Of a stretch of DNA of 64,000 nt, positions 57,664-64,000 are shown piece by piece. Source of the DNA: the human T2T-CHM13v2.0 reference genome, Homo sapiens. The stretch's first letter is position 1. Every line of letters starts with the position of its first letter. Made by a program: the position numbers and the translations under genes. Where the stretch lies: assembly GCF_009914755.1 (NCBI RefSeq), contig NC_060936.1; one strand, given 5' to 3'. The notes under the pieces were generated by a model. It did not search any database. It saw only the letters and a program-made list of their open reading frames with translations, and was not told where the DNA came from.

Positions 57664-57898
57664 TAATTAGGAGAAGAAGAAGCCAAACATTGGTCTCCTG
57701 CCCTCCTTTAACTCCCCATCTCATGAACTAGATTTTGTTTCATGAGGGCACCAAAGAACTCTCATCTCAGTCCTTTCTTTATCAAGGGCTAACCTTGTTT
57801 TAGGGACTTAGTAGAGGGGTGCTAAGATTACAGCCTCTGAGGTTGAAGTGCCCTAAGTTCAAACATCAGCTCTTGTACTACTTAATATCTTTCTAAAT

Positions 57899-58199
<301 letters not shown>

Positions 58200-60245
58200 T
58201 CATACAATTCATGTTACCTCCTAACTATTCAATTTCCTCACCTGTAAAAGAGGCGTTGAACATACTGTACAGTGTAATTAGATTAGGATAAAATAATGTG
58301 GGCGAATCACTTGGCACTAAAACAAAAGCTCAGTATATTCAAAAACTTACTATTTTTGTTTGTCTCCGCAATTCATGAAATTAGGAGCAAGTAAGTTTTG
58401 GGCTGCGATTTGGCTGTATGCTGTCTTATTGGGAAACGCCTGAAACATTTTTAAATACTTTATTGTTGGTTTTAGAAAGTGAGGAAATCAGATTTTTTTT
58501 TAAATGGGCAGATATTCCACAATATATTTTTAAATCTTTAAACTATGTGCTTATGTTATTGTATTTATTACAAATATTTATTTTTAAATATTTTGTTTCT
58601 ATTATTTTGAAAAATTAAGTAATAAATGAAGACATTTATGTCCCGCTAGATTTGTTGGGATGGGAACTGAGCATGGGGGTTACTGAGAAGAGGTGCAATT
58701 TATTACACACGACTGACAACTTCCACTGGTCAACAGCCACACAAAGGCTCATCTAAGCATGCCACTACGCCCTCCTTACTGCTGGCTCAGAAAGCCTGCT
58801 TCTACGAATCTGCTACTATTTATTATATTATTGTTTTATCGCTTGAAGAACAGAAAATGTAACCAATATTTGGAAAGACCTAACTGAAATAGATAACTAT
58901 GGAAGCATGCCTTTCCCTTGTGTGTCCAGAAGCACCACGTATGGAGTCCACAGGACACAATCAGGGGTTAAATGAGAAAGACACATGTTAGATTTGGTGG
59001 TTTGACATGGAGTACTGAGCTGTCACGAAGATAATGGTGCATTAGATGCCGCATCATTGTGTTCTGAGAAAGTGGTCAGATGGATCAGGCCTGTGAGAAG
59101 AGAAATCTCTGGGCAGATCCTGTTTAAGTCTGGAATTATTCATTGTCCAACCAGAAATTCCAGGTCCTGCTAACAATATGCTGCCTTCATGGATATCCAG
59201 AAGCCAAGTGGAAAGGGACTCATTTGCATTTAAATTAAATTTGAATAAATATTTTAGTAAAAATTTAAATAGAGACAACCACAGTCTTGCCTAGAGTTGT
59301 TCCTCTTTGGCAGGAGATGCAATAGAAATTGCTTATGTTATTGTGAGCTCTCTCCAGGCACCCAGAGAAGGGCAAGGGGACCCAGCCTCTGAAATAATGT
59401 GTTTTCCACTGAACTACATTGTGAGATAGAATGAGTTCAGACTTTCCTTTCCTCTACTTTTTCAAACCAGAATGACAGATAACCCTATGTATTTTCTAGA
59501 AATTTCTCAAAATTCTAGAAATGACCTCAGTTAGAACAGAGCAAAATGTGGATCTAATGAAATTCAAGAGATGAGGAGGTGGAGGCAGACTACGAAAAGA
59601 ACCAACAATTCAGTTTGTAGTTGAAGCCACCGACTAAGTGCCTGCTCCTGGAACACCAAGCTCATTTCCACTACCTGCTCACAAAAGGACAGGAGTGTTC
59701 TAATGTAGCAGAAAGAAAGCTTAACTTCAGGTTAGAGGGTGAGCATTTCAACACGAGGGCAGAGGAACTCTAGGGTGGGGTCTTGGTCAGGGAGGCCCTC
59801 TCTGGAATGGCTGTAACAGGGTCTAACCAGGACAGACAGCCAATCTGGTGACTGACAGCTTCTAGATGATTGGGACCTAAAGGATTTCCAGTCCAGAGGT
59901 GTGAGCTCAGGGCTGCCAAGTGTGCAGATGCAGGGCCAGGGCAGCCTCACTCACATCTGCAGCAGTCCATTCCCATGAATTCTATGTAAATGGAGCCCCC
60001 TGGAGTTGTGCTAGGTGTGGGTGAGGTCCCTGTTGGAAACCGAACATGGCATAGTCTGGCAATTTTGTCTGAGACAGTGGCAGTTAAGTATCTTTGTCAA
60101 CCTTCCTTCCAGCTCTGTACGATCAATACTTCTCAATTTCCTAAATTCTAAATACTCAAGTTTTCCCCATAAACTGGGTCTTCAATCACTACATCTTTAC
60201 TTAAAAAGATCCCCTCTCTCAGGGAAAATGTATGTTCACCATTAT

Positions 60246-61113
60246 TGATGGAAAAAGTCAAACTCTGTAAAATATTTAAAGAGGTTCATTCTGAGCCAAA
60301 TATGAGCGACCATGGCTGGCTCAAGGCATGGTATCAAGAGTTCCTGAGAATATGTGCCCAAGGTGATTGGGGTATAGCTTCGTTTTATACATTTTAGGGA
60401 GACAAAAGACATTAGTCACTACATGTACGGTTTACATCGGTTTGGTCCAGAAAGGCAGGACAACTCAAAGTGGGGACCTGGGGATCATAGGTGGATTCGA
60501 AGATTTCCTGATTGGCAACTGGTTGAAACAGTTATTATCTAAAGATCTGGAATTAATACAAAAGAGTGTCTGACTGAAGATAAGGGGTTGTGGAGACCAA
60601 GGTTCTTATTATGTAGATGAAGTCTCATAGGTAGCTATGCTTTGAGGCAATAGATGGCAAATGTTTCCTATCCAGACCTTTAAAATGTTCTGGACTCTCT
60701 GGAAAAGACCTAGTAAAGAAAGAGAATTTGCTACAGAATGCAAATATCCCTCATAAGAGACAACTGTGCAGGGCCATTCTAAAACATGTCAAATAAATAC
60801 ATTTTGGGGTAAAATACTTTGATTTCCCTCAGAGCCTGCTATCTGTCATGTGATATATGACAGATAGGGTTGGAATTTGGTAACTTAATGTTACAGAGAG
60901 TCTGCTCTGTCAGTCTTGAGATCTCTGTTTTAATGTTAATGCTGGTCAATTGTACCTGAACTTCAAAGGGAGGAAGGTGTAACCAGGTATGTCCAACCCA
61001 CCACCTCCCAGCCATGGCCTGAACTGGTTTTGCAGATTTCTTCGGAATCCCCTTGGCCAAGAGGGAGCCCCTCCAGTTGGTTGAGGGGCTTAGAATTTTA
61101 TTTTCGGTTTTCA
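60246..61113 (-). mobile_element. MER4-group (MER4D/E-like) ERV1 LTR
   Basis: aaactctgtaaaatattt.aagag..t.attctgagccaaatatgag.gacca...tgtgcccaaggt...ttttatacattttagggagac...ggggcttagaattttatttt.ggttt.ca. Confidence 0.85.
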
Positions 61114-62720
61114 CCCCTCATGTTTGTTCATACTGGGGTCTATTTCTCAAATATGTCGATGCTCCTGAAAGTCAAATGATAGGAATATGACAAATAGCTG
61201 TGTATTTGATGAGGTGGTGTTTCAGATGGCATGGATTTTTCAAATTTTCCATGTAGACGAAATGGCTAGCAATGTGAGTCTTCATGTTTCCATTTTGAAA
61301 TGAAGATATGTGCCTGGCACATACTGTAAAATCAATAAAATTCTGTTGAATAAATTTGGAAAGAGGTTTATAAACATTCCGAAGAAAGCTGAATTTTCCT
61401 GAAATAATCCCTATTTCAGTTCCAAGGGCTTTATGCATTAAAAATATCAAATATTCTTCTATTTTTTTCCATTACAGCTCACACAAATGCACATGTGTTC
61501 TGAGAATCAAAGGGTCAGCCTTGGACACGTCTGGCATATCAAATAAAGGGTTTCTCTGTAATTTTTGAAGAGATCCAATATAATTTGTGCTCAAATGTTC
61601 TGAAATGTTCATGAATGACTTAACTTGTGGCTGACTCTAGAATTGTTACGTCTTCCATGAAAAGTGTTGGTCACACACGTAGAATCTACTGCCTGCTCAG
61701 GCCTGCCTAGCTAAGCCATAATATTTTCCAGGGATTCACTTCTCACCATCACAGCCTTGGACGGGACAGGTCTGCTTGACCCTGGAGTATTCTAGTTCCC
61801 TTGCACTCATTGGTTCAGGAATGTGTAAACCTATGAACTTACTCAGATGAACAAGATATAAGGAGAATTTCACTAGGGGAATTCTAGTAAAAAGCTTTGC
61901 TCTTCTAAAAAAAAGATGTAGGAAGCTACCTGCTGTCTTCTTTACGAGGAGCTTCCTACCTCATTTGATGGCACTTGGAATTTCAGGTGCTACCTTACCA
62001 CTAGTCTAAGGAAGAAGCCATTCTGAGGAGGATGGCCATGCAGAGAGATGAATGGAACCTGGGACAAGTTGACATTGCTGAGCTGTTTACTTTGCCAACT
62101 CAGCACCCCCACTCCCCGCCACTGGATCTTCGGGCTTTCTAAGAGAGAGAATAAGACCCTTCATTGCAGAAGTCTGATGAGCCAGGATTTTCTGTAGCTA
62201 CAGCTGAAAACATTGAAATGATACAACTTATTTGTAAATGGCCATGTTTTACAGAAAATTAATTGTATTAGAAAAATTCATTTTCTCCTCAGAAGACCAT
62301 GAACTTCTTGAGGGCAGAGATTGTATTTTGTGATTTAATGATGCTCAGAACTAGGCACAGTGAGTCCTTTTGAAGTTGTTTTGTTTAGTTTTGTTTTCAT
62401 TACATTTTGGGATAACTCGTGGTATTCTTAAGGCCACCTCTGCAAGTATACTATAGCAATTTTCTCTGCTTTGCACTCTGAAGACCATAAAGGTGAATAA
62501 GATTTGAATATATCCCTAGATAGCTTTAAATATAGTAGAAGAGGCAGATGTACACACAAGGTATAATCCATGGAAAAATAGGAAATAGGAAGACCATTAT
62601 GATATTTATTTTCTATCAAGCAGAATTGAGTTCATCTACAAGTAACGGTGAAATTAATCATAATGGATTAAACATTAGAGATTGTTTTTCCTCATGTGAC
62701 AGCATTTCTAGAGGTTACTG

Positions 62721-62808
62721 GAGTTAGTACAGAAGTTTAGAGGAATCAAGAGAATGTTTTGGAAGAGTTAGTACAGCAGTTTAGAGGAATCAAGAGAATG
62801 TTTTGGAA
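62721..62808 (+). repeat. 44-bp tandem duplication (2 copies, 1 mismatch)
   Basis: gagttagtacagaagtttagaggaatcaagagaatgttttggaa followed by gagttagtacagcagtttagaggaatcaagagaatgttttggaa. Confidence 0.97.
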
Positions 62809-63609
62809 TCCTTTGGCTTTTTCCTTATCATTGAAAAATGACCACTGTATCTCAAGCCATCACATCCTAATCAACACAAAAATATCTGAAAGAGATGATG
62901 CCAGCCATATCTCTCCTATTATCCATAAACAAAAGTTTGGCAAGAAATGCCTCACAGTGATTTATATGTAGACTTGTAATTTAACTTAGGTCAAACAATC
63001 ACTCTCATCTCAAGCAATTTTAAGCTTGAGAAGTAAAGGGGATTGAGTATCAAATAGACAGCTATTACAGAATGCCACTTACCTGATGTATGACTTGAGC
63101 TGGAGCCTGGAAATAGTTGAGGCTGGAGAGGGAGGTAGAACAAGATTATGAGGCTGTGGCTGGGCTGGGTAGCTTTGTCTATTCTCCAAGAGCAAAGGGG
63201 AAGAACATGGCCCCATGATGGCACGCGCTGAGCATACTCAAAGACTGTGAGAAGGAAAGAGGATTTAATTTCATTTAAACATGATCACTTGACAAGATGT
63301 CCATACTATGATATCTAAAGTAGGTTTTATATATTTTGTCTTGGAACTTGTCTTAGACATTTAGGTATTGAAAACACTGAGATGAAGAAGACAGAGAATT
63401 GCTTCATGCTTTTATTTCACCCACAAAAAGGAAGTTGTTGACTAAAGTTGCTCTCCTCTGGAGGAATAAATTATAAATGGGATTTAAGTTTTCATTAGTA
63501 GCATATTATTGGGTAGCTATGTTGAGGTAAAGAACTTCAAGTTTAACCAGGACATTCTCTGAATTTCCCAAAATATCAATTTTAAACATAACTCACTGTT
63601 ACTAATGTT

Positions 63610-64000
63610 TGAAAATGCAACTTCACAAATTAATTGGGATATAATTCATAGACCATACAACCGTTCATTTAAAGGGTACAATTAAATGGTTTTATTAGGT
63701 TCACAGCTACCAGAAAAATCTGATTTTAGAACATTTTCACCCTGCAAGAAGAAACTCTGTGCCCACTGCCAGCCACTCCCATGACCCTCCATCTCCACCC
63801 TCCGGGTGCTAAGTAACGACTAATTTACATTTCATCTCTATAATTTTGCCTGTTCTTGACGTTTCATACAAATAAAATCACATAACATATGATGATCTCT
63901 TGGGACAGGATCCTCTCATTTACCATAATGTTGTTAAGGTTCACCCTTGCTGTAGCATGAGTCAGTACTTCATTTTTTTTAATGGATGAGTGCTATGCTA
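63610..64000 (-). mobile_element. L1MB-type 3' end, running off the window
   Basis: gatataattcatagaccatacaa...ttttagaacattttca...ttttgcctgttcttgacgtttcata...aaggttcacccttgctgtagcatg. Confidence 0.85.

Noticed and set aside
61918-61959. 10-bp inverted repeat gtaggaagct / agcttcctac
   Set aside because: Too short to distinguish from chance in 64 kb.

Overview
This window looks like primate, very probably human, non-coding genomic DNA: AT-rich, CpG-poor and dominated by interspersed repeats. These include about 17 Alu/FLAM copies, old L1M and younger L1P fragments, L2, MIR, MaLR LTRs (MLT1, MST), ERV1 LTRs (MER61, MER4, LTR28-like), ERV-L relics (MER21, LTR41-like, an internal dUTPase/integrase fragment) and DNA transposons (MER20, MER44A, MER47A, MER58A). 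I find no credible protein-coding gene; the ORFs I examined are repeat-derived or chance frames. There are a few plausible + strand non-coding exons and a possible first exon ending at 38173, but I cannot name the locus. The strongest unexplained signal is three independent local templated insertions. In each, a 114-280 bp copy of nearby sequence has been pasted into an ancient repeat 0.5-2.4 kb to the left of its intact donor. Two are inverted and one is direct, at about 99%, 92% and 75% identity, so they are of very different ages. They sit alongside small tandem duplications, a fold-back palindrome and Z-DNA/cruciform-prone tracts. This suggests recurrent template-switch repair at this locus; I see no evidence for a new gene system. 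Repeat subfamily names come from recalled consensus sequences and identities were counted by eye, so both need RepeatMasker/Dfam and alignment checks.
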